DNA from: Octopus vulgaris
Lineage: Eukaryota
Length of the DNA: 64,000 nt
Direction of reading: 5' to 3'
Assembly: GCA_951406725.2 (NCBI GenBank)
Contig: OX597814.1
Location: 220,162,001 to 220,226,000, forward strand
The translations under genes were made by a program, and so were the position numbers. Shown one piece after another: positions 39,689 to 52,340 of the stretch. The notes below the pieces were generated by a model that was not told where the DNA came from, did not search any database, and saw only the letters and a list, made by a program, of their open reading frames with translations. The stretch's first letter is position 1, and every line of letters begins with the position of its first letter.

Positions 39689-40440
39689 TGTGTGTGTATA
39701 TCTTTGTGTGTCTGTGTTTGTGCCCCTAGCATTGCTTGACAACCGATGCTGGTGTGTTTACGTCCCCGTCACTTAGCGGTTCGGCAAAAGAGAACGATAG
39801 AATAAGTACTGGGCTTACAAAGAATAAGTCCCGGGGTCGATTTGCTTGACTAAAGGCGGTGCTCCAGCATGGCCGCAGTCAAATGACTGAAACAAGTAAA
39901 AGAGTATATGAAGAAATTTCTTCAAGGTGGTACCTCAGCATGGCTGCAGTCTAATGATTGAAACCAGTAAAAGATAAAAGATGTAAAAAGTGGTTTACAA
40001 TTTGTTCTTTCAGTACAAGACATGGCCTAATATTTATTTTCCCATTTTATATTGGTATAACAGAGAATAAGATGTTTGTTTAGTAATTATACATTACTAA
40101 ACCACTGCGTGGCATCTTAAGCAAGTCTCTTCTACTATAGTCTCAGGCTGACCAAAACCTTGTAAGTGGATTTGGTAGATGGAAACTGAAAGAAGCCCAT
40201 CATACATACACATACGCATGTGTGTGTGTGTAATTGTGTCAATGTTTGTCTTGCCACTGCCACTTGACAACCAGTGCTGGTGCCTTTACATTCCTGTAAC
40301 CTCATACTCTTCTATATTTAAAAATCCTCTTGCAAATGAAATGATTACAACGTAAGCACTTTGTGGCAAGTCATAATCTGGTGAGGCATTTTACAGAGTA
40401 TAAAGTTACTAGCAAACATGGTTTTAATATCTTAGCATCC

Positions 40441-40665
40441 ACAAGGTGGCGAGCTGGTAGAACCGTTAGCACGCTGGGCGAAATGCTTAGCGGTATTTTG
40501 TCTGTCTTTATGTTCCGAGTTCAAATTCTGCCAAGGTCGGCTTTGCCTTTTATCCTCTTGGAGGTCGATAAATTAAGTACCAGTTGCGTACTGGGGTTGA
40601 TCTAATTGACTGCCCCCCCCCTCCCCCCAAAATTTTGGGGGCCTTGTGCCTAGAATAGAAAAGAA
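40441..40665 (+). mobile_element. SINE family 3 (older). Other copies ~40891-41105 (+); 17860-17985, 19735-19945, 35245-35425, 35480-35680, 61195-61305, 62860-62945 (-)
   Basis: B-box-like GAGTTCAAATTC followed by GCCTTT.ATCCT.TTGG.GGTCGATAAA.TAAG.ACCAG, which resembles a conserved central SINE domain. Exact superfamily not determined. Confidence 0.7.
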
Positions 40666-40836
40666 AGGAATATCTCAGCATCCACATATTACTTGCAGTT
40701 TTGTAGTAGGCCATTGCAATAAAAGGAGGTTTGACAGTGCATAGTGCATTTAGACTGAGTGTTTATTTCATGCATGTGAACAGACCAAGGTCTCATGCAG
40801 AGGAAGTCAACAGCAATGGTTTTCTGATAATTGCAC

Positions 40837-40875
<39 letters not shown>

Positions 40876-42442
40876 CATCATCACTACTACTAAGGTGGCA
40901 AGCTGTCAGACTCATTAGCATGCAATGTAAAATGCTTAGCAGTATTTCGTCCACCTTTATGTTCCGAGTTCAAATTCCGCCAAGGTCGACTTTGTTTTTC
41001 ATCCTTTTGGGGTCGATAAAATAAGCACCAGTTATGCACTGAGGTCAATCTAATCGACTTAACCTCTCCTCCAAACTTACTGGCCTTGTGCCAAAATTCG
41101 AAATCATTATTATTATTATTAATAGTAGTAGTAGTAACAGCATACTGTTCAACTACATAATAATATTACTATTTTGATAGCATAAATTTTAATTCTGAAA
41201 CTGGAAATATTAAATGTATATTGAATTTAACATTATTTTTTCAGGTCATCTTCAAGTTCAATACTGCTCCATCACCAAACCAAACCAAACTAGATATCTT
41301 GTAAAGAGAATAATTTGTTATTTTATGTATATATTTCAGTCACGCAATAGAAAGTGGAGAGGGAAACAATGATTACAAGGAATAAAAGACAAGAAAAAAT
41401 TGTTTTCAACATTTTGCAAGACAAAATATAATCCAACCAAAGAAATATTTCTTTCAGTGGAAAAAAGAGAAAAAAAGTGTATGAAGAAACTGTTTCTCTT
41501 TTACTGCTAGAAGAAAGAAAATCAAAATATAGGCCATAAAATAGAGTATTGATACAACAGAGTATAAGATGTTTGTTTAGTAATTATATATTACTAAACC
41601 ATTGCATGGCATCTTAGGCAAGTCTCTTCTACTATAGTCTCAGGCTGACCAAAATCTTGTGAGTGGATTTGGTAGATGGAAACTGAAAGAAGCCCATCAT
41701 AAATACATATGCACGTGTGTTTGTGTGTGTGTGTGTGATTGTGTCTATGTTTGTCTCACCACTGCCACTTGACAACCAATGTTGGTGTCTTTACATTCCT
41801 GTAACTTAGCAATTCAGCAAAAGATACTGGTGGAATAAGTACCAGGCTTAAAAGAAAAAAATAAGCATTGGGGGTCAATCCAGTGCCCCAGTATGGCTGC
41901 AGCCTAATGACTGAAACAAGTAAAAGATTAAGGCACACTGCCTTTAGCCAAACAAATCACCCCCAGGACTTATTCTTTGTAAGCCTAGTACTTATTCTAT
42001 CCGTCACTTTTGCTGAACCTCTAAGTTACAGGGACGTAAACCCATCAACATCAGTTGTCAAGTGCTATGGGGGACAGACACAGACACACTCAAGTATATA
42101 CATATGCTTAGGAAAGGCCTTATGAACTTATGCATTAAAGTACCCCATTATTAGGTTTTAAGTTTAAGCCCTGCTGTCTGCTCTGGAATGGTTTCTATGG
42201 CTGGACATCCTTCCTCGTGCTAATCGCTTTACAGAGGGTGCATGGTGTCTTTTCCATGGCACCAGCATTGATAAAAATTATTTATATATATAATATAGAT
42301 ATCTATTTCAGTCTTACATGTTAAAAGTGAAACAAAAACATCTCTCTATTGTATGTTATATATTTTGAGTATTGTTATCACTAGCGATATCAAGATATAA
42401 CTTTGTATTTTGTATTTTATGTGTAGATGTATATATATCTTC

Positions 42443-42896
42443 TCTATATATAAATGGCAGTTTGTCTGTCAGTGTGTCTGTCAGGTTGTACTCTCACCCT
42501 GACCACGGCTTTCAACCGATTCTGATGAAACTTGACACACACATAGCCCAATGTCATAATTCAAAACTAACACAGCGAAAATTTTGAAAAGTTCACCCAG
42601 TTCTGAAAAAATCGATAAATTCGACATGGGGTCGAGAATCTAAGCTTTTTATATGCAACACATTTTCTGGGCTGTACATGGGCTGTTCACGCGTTGGGAG
42701 GCGCAATGATGTTTTCATGTTTTCGCCTAAAGGGACAGCTAGGAACATCGTATACACAGAAGTATTCGAGTGAAGAGAAGACATTGCAACCTACACATGC
42801 GCCTTTGTTCCCTAGAGGGAAAGGACTAGATTGGGATTAGTCGTTGCCTACTAGGGACTCTTACATACCTGGGCAACGCCGGGCTATGCTGCGAGT
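42443..42896 (+). mobile_element. Helitron-like non-autonomous element
   Basis: 5' TCTATATATAAATGGCAG; 3' hairpin CCTGG-GCAACG-CCGGG then CTGCGAGT (degenerate CTAG), similar to the element at 6779-7081. Confidence 0.55.
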
Positions 42897-45800
42897 ATAG
42901 ATATAAAAATATATATATTCTTTCAGCTTCCGTCAACCAATTCCACTCACAAGGCTTTGGTCAGCCCAAGGCTACAGTAGAAGACACATCCCCAAGGTGC
43001 TATGCAGTGGGACTGAACCTGGGACCACACAGTCACTGTGACTATATGATTATGAATTTTTTAAAACACCCATAAATCTTTAAAATTCTACTCTTTTACA
43101 AGTTGTTTTTTGCAAATCAGAGTTTAAAATATGGACAGTCTCAATTTTTGCTGAAATCCCAGCACTGGATCAAACTTGGCTGCATCATCATCATTCCATT
43201 AAATGTGTTTATGGAGAGAAAAATATGGAAAAATATCTATACATGTCAGAGCGACAAAGAAACAAGGATGGTATCAGGTGGTTGTGAGATGAGTTAAAAT
43301 CAACAGCGAACTCACCCTCAAATCACAAACAAAAAAGTTTTCGTTTTTTCATAATCATATGAATTTCTGTGTGTAGAACACAAATTCACAAAAATTTTCA
43401 GAGAATTCAAAAAACTAAAAAAGTTATAAGGGGTTGTATGGGGTGCCTAAACCAGAATTCCGCTGAAACTATAACATCTTCATTGAAGCCTACTTCCCTT
43501 CATTTGCTTTCATTTGTCTTCGGATGTAACCAGAAAGTGATCTTTAAAATATGCTAGGGCATGAGATTGTCGGAGGATTCAAACATTCAAGTGTTGAGAT
43601 AAACATTTACTTAAATAAACAGTCGACAAATAAACTTTGATGGTAATTCATATGAAGATAGCAGATATTAGAAAAACACAAAGACAAAAAGATATACATA
43701 AGATTACAGAGATGGTAAGGAAAGAGACAAGAAAAGAAAACAGAAGGACAAATAATGCATAACTATAAAGGAAAAGTCAAAATAAGGGGAGAATGAAGTG
43801 GAGTTGGTAGAAAAATGTTCAGGAAAAAGAGAGAACAATAAAAAGTGTGTAGTAAAGCAGAAAGAAATGTAACGGTGGAGTAGGGGGTAATATTACAAAG
43901 CAAATAATAATAATAATGATAATAAAGCAGAGAGAAATGTAGACTAAAATGTTGGGAATAAAGGCAAAATAAACAAGGTTCAATATTTTGTTAAAGGAGA
44001 ATAAAATAATAGAAAGTATCTAAGTTAGTGTATGCATGTGTATTTCTGAGTGTGCATACATATACATTCGTACACACATATATATATATATATATATGTT
44101 ATCAATTAGTTGCCCATAAGTTAGAAAAAATAAAAAGCATGCTCAAAAAGGAAAATAGAATGGTTATATCTTTATATTGTGTGAGTAGTATAGAGCCAGT
44201 TATGTACTGATTGTTGCAACACTGGCAATATTGACAACTTTACAGACATGGTGGCCATCATCATAACCATGTTAACCCTTTTGTTACTAACCCGGCTCTG
44301 GCTCTTTGGTAAAATGTCTTGTTTTCATAAGTTTTGAATTAAAATCTTCCACCAAACCTTAATCACAATTTACGTTCCTAACACTAGCTTAATGATAACG
44401 AAGTTATTTTACTAAATTCTTTGTTATTTTAAAAATAATTGAAAGAAACACAGAGCATCTCAAAAATAAATACAGTAACAAAAGGGTTAATGTCCATTTT
44501 TGCATGCTTGTGTGAGTCAAATAGAATTTGTTGAGGCAGGTTTTCTGCAACTGGATGCAGTTTCAGTTGCCAAGACACACCTGTAATGTTTCCTCTTGGC
44601 CAAATATGTTTTCACTGCAAATGAACAACACAGCTTTGATGATGACAATATCTGTGTATCGTGATTTCTGGGTTATTTCTCTTCATCAGCACTTTTTTCA
44701 AACAAGGGAATGTTTTGAGCTGAGTGGGGCTGCTAGATTCCCTAGTTCGAAAATACATGGACACAGATCATGTCGTATAGCCAGCTGGAGACGATGTCTC
44801 CTGGGACTAAATTACAGCAACATTAGCCCTAAACTTGGACTGCCATGTTATGTTGGCAAACAATCTTTACTACAAAGTACTGTTGCTGAACATCTCACAT
44901 TATGAGATTTAAAAATAGTAATTTTTTAAGTTTTGTTTTTATTGGTAAGAATTATCAACAACTTTTCCTGTGATCATGATTTGAGAAGACATACAGAAGT
45001 ATGCAAAAGATTGGTCAGAATCTCTTGTAGGCAAGAAATGTAAAATTAAGTTTGTTATAAACAACAAAAACATTTGGTAATTTAATAAGCCTTCAAAGTG
45101 ATACCTGTTAAACAGAAATTATTTTCATCTAATGAAAATTTAATAAAATCTAATCATCAGTAAGTGAAATTATACAACTAAATTGGAAACCTTTTTCCCC
45201 TGGCCATAAAGGCAGTTCCAAAAAACTTTTGGGTGTGAATTTTACATGAGTAGAAGCTTTTTTTAACAATTTTTATCCAGAAAATCACCTGCATAAATTA
45301 CAGAGCTGTGCAAATTATATGGGTTTTTATGGTATATGTGTGCATGTGTTATATTCAAACTGATGTTATGTATGAATATAGCTAAGTCATATATTAAAGC
45401 TTAGCTAACCTCTCCTATCTCTATAGCATTAGGAGTTCCAATTCAGGCATAAATTCTTTTTTACTCCCTTCTCCCAATACCAAATTCATTCATTTATTTA
45501 TCTGTGATGCTCATTTCCCATTGTTTTAGCATTCTGAAAGTAGGCACCATTCCTATGATCCTCTGATCTCTTAAAACCTGGCAATGAGGATTTTTTCCCT
45601 GATAAAAATCATTTATTACCAGGTTTTAAAATGTTTAAAAGATAAACTCTAGGCACCTTCCATAGAATATTTCAAATATGTCATACCTGTCTATCGATTT
45701 TTGGGATTACTATTTTGCTATCAATAATGCTTTCATTGTCAAAAATTTCTTCTTGTTTTTCTGGAATTCTACATAGAATGATATCAGTAAATGCTTTTCT

Positions 45801-47046
45801 ATCTTAATTTGTTTTGCGTTCTGTATTATATATAATACTGCAATAGCTCCCTGTTGAGTACACATGGGCAACAAATGAAAACACATGAGACTCAAACTGC
45901 TCAATATAACAATTTTAGTAATGTTGTTTACAATGAAATTTGTATATTACACTGGTTGTCTTTTATATGTTTTGTGGTAATTTTTTCTTTTTTCTTTTCT
46001 TTTAATTGTTTCAGTCATAGGATTGCAGCCATGCTGGGGCACCACCTTGAAGGGTGTACTTAAACAAACTGACCCCACTACATATTTTTTAAAATCTAGT
46101 ACTTATTTTATCAGTCACTTTTACCAGACTGTTAAGTTACAAGGCTATAAACAAACCAACATCAGTTGTTCAGCATGTTGGGAAGGGATCGACAAACACA
46201 GACATAAAGACACACAGACACACACATACATATATATGTAAAAGGTACCAGTGCTGGTGACACATAAAAGACACCCAGTACACTGTGGAGTGGTTGGTGT
46301 TAAGAAGGGCATCCAGGCCTAGAAACCAAGGCAAAACAGTCTGGAGCCAGGAGCAACTTTCCAGCTCACCAGCTCCAATCAAACCATCTTACCCATGCCA
46401 GTATGGAAAATGGATGCTAAATAATGATGAGGAAGGCAATATATATAGATATAAAGTTAAAATTACAGTTAAAATTAAAATTTAAAATTCACATGTTGGG
46501 TGTGTCTCTAATGGTATGTTGATAAAGCATGTTTACTGTCGATGGCTACCTGATGTCAGCCATGGTAATTACACAATTGTCACTGGATCTACATTAGGAA
46601 TTCTTTATAGATCGAGTATAATAGAAACAATGCATATGGAAGGTAGAATATACTGGAAACTTTATTTTTCACAATGATCATTCTGACACATCCTGCATCA
46701 CTCCCTCACGGGTGGGAAACTGTTCAATGCATCATAATTCATTGTATAGTTTCCCAGCAACAAAGGAGTGATGCAAGATGTGTCAAAATGATCGTTGTGA
46801 TAAAATAAGTTTCCATTATATATATATATATATATATATATATACTCTTTTACTTGTTTCAGTCATTTGACTGTGGCCATGCTGGAGCACCGCCTTTAGT
46901 CGAGCAAATCGACCCCGGGACTTATTCATTGTAAGCCTAATACTTATTCTATTTGTCTCTTTTTGCCGAACTGCTAAATGACGGGGATGTAAGCACACCA
47001 GCATTGGTTGTCAAGCGATGTTGGGGGGACAAACACAGACACACAA

Positions 47047-47077
<31 letters not shown>

Positions 47078-47940
47078 CATATATACGACAGGCTTCTTTC
47101 AGTTTCTGTTTACCAAATCCACTCACAAGGCATTGGTTGGCTCGGGGCTATAGCAGAAGACACTTGCCCAAGGTGCCGCGCAGTGGGACTGAACCCGGAA
47201 CCATGTGGCTGGTTAGCAAGCTACTTACCACACAGCCACTCCTGCGCCTATTATATAGAAATATATATATATATATATATATATATAAGTGCAGGCATGG
47301 CTGTGTGGTAAGTAGCTTGCTCACCAACCACACAGTTTTGGGCTTAGTCTCACTGCATGGCACCTTGGGCAAGTGTCTTCTACTATAGGCTCAGGCCAAT
47401 CAAAGCCCTGTGAGTGAATTTGGTAGGTGGAAACTAAAAGAAGCCCGTTGTGTATATACATATATATATATATGTATGTGTATTTGTTTATGGTTGCATG
47501 TCTGTGTTTGTCCCCACCAACATTGCTTGACAACCGATGCTGGTATGTTTATGTCCCTATAACTTAGTGGTTTGGCAAAAGTGACCGATAGGATAAGCAC
47601 TAGGCTTACAAAGAATAAGTCCTGGGGTTGATTTGTTCAACTAAAGGCAGTGCTCCAGCATGGCCGCAGTCAAATGACTGAAAGAAATAAAAAAATATAT
47701 ATGTATTCTTTTATTTGTTTCAGTCATTTGACTGTGGCCATGCTGGAACACCATCTTAAAAGATTTTAGTCAAAGAAATCAACCTCAGGACTTAGTCTTT
47801 GTAAGCCTAGTACTTATTCTATTGGTCTCTTTTGCTGAACTGCAAAGTCATAGGGAAGTAAACACACCAGCATCAATTGTCAAGCGAAAGTGGAGGGACA
47901 AACACAGACATAAAGACACATACATGCACACATATACATA

Positions 47941-48432
<492 letters not shown>

Positions 48433-48440
48433 AGATATAT

Positions 48441-48470
<30 letters not shown>

Positions 48471-48471
<1 letters not shown>

Positions 48472-48768
48472 AGTAGGTGAATGAATTATCCTATGTTTAT
48501 CGTCAGCATGGAAAATTCGTTTAACCAAAACCTGGGTAGCAAATTCACGTCAGAAAACACGGTTGAAGCTTTGGTTACCATGTAGGCAATCATCGAAATT
48601 TTTGTTTGTCTTGTTGTTGAGAGAGGCTCCTTTTCTTTCCTGATGTGAAGATTGCATAATGCACCCTTTATTCCTTCGGAATGAAAATATGCTGTCTTCG
48701 AAACATGTGTTGAGAGTAAAGGAATTTTGTTAACATCTTCGTTCGACTCCATTCTTTCATTTATTCAT
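48471..48768 (+). mobile_element. Hammerhead-core element related to family B, no inverted arm
   Basis: Shares TTTAACC...ACCTGGGTAGCAAA and the 3' end GAAACATGTGT.GA...AAAGGAATT...TCTTCGTTC.ACTCCATT with 31381-31881. Core reads CTGATGT-GAAGA...TCTTC-GAAAC-ATGT-GTT. Flanked by (TA)n. Confidence 0.65.
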
Positions 48769-49282
48769 ATATATATATATATATATATATATGATAGGCT
48801 TTCGTACAGTTTCCATCTACCAGATTCACTCACAAAAGCATTTGATTAGCTCAAGATTGTAATAGCACAAGATATTGTGCAGTGGAACTGAACTCGAAAT
48901 CCAATGGTTGCAAGGCAAGCTTCTTAACCACACACCCGTACCAGCATCCATTGCAGTTTGACAGTTTCTAGTTTCATGTGGAAGAGAAAACCTTTTTAGT
49001 TCTGATGTTTTTGTCACATATTCTAACAGTAACTTTGTGGCTGTGTCTGATATATGGTATGCAGTTTCATTAGTTATTTTAATGATGTATTCAAAAGTGG
49101 TTCTTTTAACATATCTGGGGGTTTTTTTCTGAATGTTTTTTTCTGTCTTTCACACAAAAGTGAGAAAATATCTAACGAAAAAGATTGCAATGCTTAAAAA
49201 AAAAAAAAAAGTTGGTTGTGATTTGACAAAATATACTAACACAATATATGTATACCAAACAGAACTATAATAAAAGTAACTG

Positions 49283-49410
49283 CAATAATAATAATAATGA
49301 TGATGATGATGATGATGGTGATGGTGATGATAATAATAATGATGATAATGATGATGATGATGATATTGCTGATGGTGGTGATGATGATGATGATGATGAT
49401 GGTGATGATG

Positions 49411-49447
<37 letters not shown>

Positions 49448-49474
49448 TGATGATGATGTTGCTGATGGTGGTGG

Positions 49475-49505
<31 letters not shown>

Positions 49506-49527
49506 ATTGCTGATGGTGGTGGTGATG

Positions 49528-49588
<61 letters not shown>

Positions 49589-49942
49589 TGATGATGATGT
49601 TGCTGATGGTGGTGGTGATGATGATGATGATGATGATGATGATATTGCTGATGGTGGTGGTGATGATGATGATGATGATGATGGTGATGGTGATGATAAT
49701 AATAATGATGATAATGATGATGATGATGATATTGCTGATGGTGGTGATGATGATGATGATGATGGTGATGGTGATGATGATGATAATAATAATAATAATA
49801 ATAATGATGATGATGATGATGATGATGTTGCTGATGGTGGTGGTGATGATGATGATGATGGTGATGGTGATGGTGATGATGATGATGATGATAATAATAA
49901 TAATAATGATGATGATGATGTTGCTGATGGTGGTGGTGGTGG

Positions 49943-49982
<40 letters not shown>

Positions 49983-50027
49983 AATTGTGATGGTGATGAT
50001 GATGATGATGATGATGATGATAATAAC

Positions 50028-50062
<35 letters not shown>

Positions 50063-50075
50063 TGATGATGACGAT
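49283..50075. repeat. Compound (GAT)n/(AAT)n/(GGT)n microsatellite with higher-order periodicity
   Basis: The motif (A/G)TTGCTGATGGTGGT recurs 8 times, separated by GAT/AAT runs. Confidence 0.92.
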
Positions 50076-50817
50076 GAACACAATAATATCAGCAACACTT
50101 CATTTTAAGTGCAATCTCTTTTCAAAAGGCAAAAATCAAAACTTGAAAGAGATATAAAAAGAACAATAATATAAGTGTCTGCAAACTGAACTAGCACAAA
50201 GGAAGATGACGGAGACTTACAAATAAAAACTGACAACATGTGATGTAATATATATAAAACTGCAGTCTTCTCAATAGATTAAATTCTTTCAAAATCTTGG
50301 TGCAGAACATATTTTCTTTGTTTTTATTATTATCATTATTATTATTATTATTATCATCTCCACAACAGCAAAATGCATGCAAGCATGCATCATGCAACAC
50401 AGTTTTACATATATTAAAGTTTCACAGGATCAGCCAGAGATGTCTTGTGTTTGAAACAGAAAATCCACAGAATGAATGAATGAATGAATTGATTAAGTAA
50501 ATGAAGGAGATGTCTGGGGTGTCACAGGGAAATAATGAAAGGATCAAAGAATTTCAAAATGTTTGCTGTCAACGTTCTGCCATTCTTATGAAGAAAACTA
50601 CTGATTCAAACAAGAGAAATAGAACTCAATACATAAAGTAGAGTGTTCATGTTATTTTATTAACTTGGTGGGTGTAAACAAATTGAATGGTTATAAAGTT
50701 TGCTTCTCAGTCATAAGAATGCAGTTCAGTTCCACTGCATGACACCAATATTATAGCTGCAGGGTGATCAAAGCCATGTGAGTGGATTTGATAGTCAGAA
50801 ACTGAAAGAAGCCTAGC

Positions 50818-50851
<34 letters not shown>

Positions 50852-50920
50852 GTATAAATATATATATATATAAATATATAAATATATAAATATATATATA
50901 TAAATATATATATATACACA

Positions 50921-51347
50921 TTTGTCTTATGAAGAAAGGCTGAAGACGCTCGACCTTTATTCTCTAGAAAAACGCCGCCGCCGTGGGGATCTCATTCTTG
51001 CTCACAATATCATAAGCGGAAAGTGTAACCTCTCGAAAGAGCTGTTCTTCACTCCTGCTCCAGAGCGTCGGCTGCGGGGTCATTCCGAAAAGCTCTATCT
51101 GCGACGATTTCATCTCAATCGAAGGAGAGGGGCTTTCTCCGTCCGGGTTGTGGATCCGTGGAATAAGCTGCCAGACGAGATGGTGAAGAAGCCGACAACC
51201 GCTCGGTTCAAAGTCTCCCTTGACCTCAAGTGGCCTGAATTCTTTACATGAACACCACCCTGTATATAACTCCATGTCCCCCTACATGGCCTTGCTTTTT
51301 GCTTTTTGAGCCAAAAAATTAACTAACTAACTAACTAACTAACTAAC
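50921..51347 (+). mobile_element. CR1-clade LINE 3' end, 5'-truncated, (TAAC)n tail
   Basis: Uninterrupted SYEERLKTLDLYSLEKRRRRGDLI...RGHSEKL...FSVRVVDPWNKLP...*, then a short UTR and (AACT)n. Confidence 0.9.
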
Positions 51348-52034
51348 ATACATATACATATCATCATCATCATCCTGTAACATCCATTTTCCACACTGGC
51401 AAACCGGAGAGCTGCACCAGGTTCCAGTCTGATTTATCCAGATTTTTATGGTTGAATGCTCTTCCTAATGCCAACCACATTACAATGTGTTCTGGGTGTT
51501 TTTAACATGACAGCAACATGGGTGCTTTTTAGGTGACACTGGCACAGGGATCCTGCAGGCCAATCCTTTTCATCAGGGAGAGCAGCATTACTACTTCTGT
51601 CGTGGAGGACGGGTCTTCTTAAATACAGCAAGGTGCCTGTGTGTGTGTTTGTTTGTGTCTCATTGCCTTGACATCACATAAACGAGTATGACAATGATAC
51701 AAGCAGTGGCCTTCATTTCTCACCTTCCTTGGAAACATGTCCAGCCTAAGAGAGATAATATCTTTCTTAGCGACAGGTGAGGGTTGGCAACAGGAAGGAT
51801 ACCTGGCTGTAAACAAACCTGCCAGCAGGGAATTGTGGAAGATGGCTGTGCAGTTATGATGTTTGCTCCTTAAATATGAGGTTTCAGGTTCAGTTCCGCT
51901 ATGTGGCACCTTAGATAAGTGTCTTCTATGATAGCACCAGGATGGCCATTGCTTTGTGAGGGAATCTCATAGATGCAAAATGAAGATAGCCTATTGTATG
52001 TACATATGTGTGTATGAATGTGAATAAATGTTGA

Positions 52035-52340
52035 CTAGCAGTATCGCCCGGCGTTGCTCGGGTTTGTAAGGGAAATAACTATATAAGCATTTTTAGAGAG
52101 TTACTTCCCTTATATAATAGCAAAAAAATGCATTAAAAATGGAAAAAAATGATGGTAAATTTTTTTTTAAATCGTAGACTCATCATAGCTAATACCCATG
52201 TGCTAATACCCAGAAGGGCTCGATATGAATCACGACTATAAGATACCCGCTTTTGGTTAAACTGCACCGCAAAATGTGGGAGTAGTTAGGAATCTAAATC
52301 GTAGGAGACAGACACACAACTTCACTTTTATATATAAAGA
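52035..52340 (-). mobile_element. Non-autonomous Helitron (copy of 6779-7081)
   Basis: Reverse complement has A|TC...hairpin...CTAG|T and is near-identical to 6779-7081. Confidence 0.85.

Noticed and set aside
49236-50157. D/N-rich, poly-S, poly-I and poly-M ORFs
   Set aside because: These are microsatellite translations with no supporting splice or domain context.
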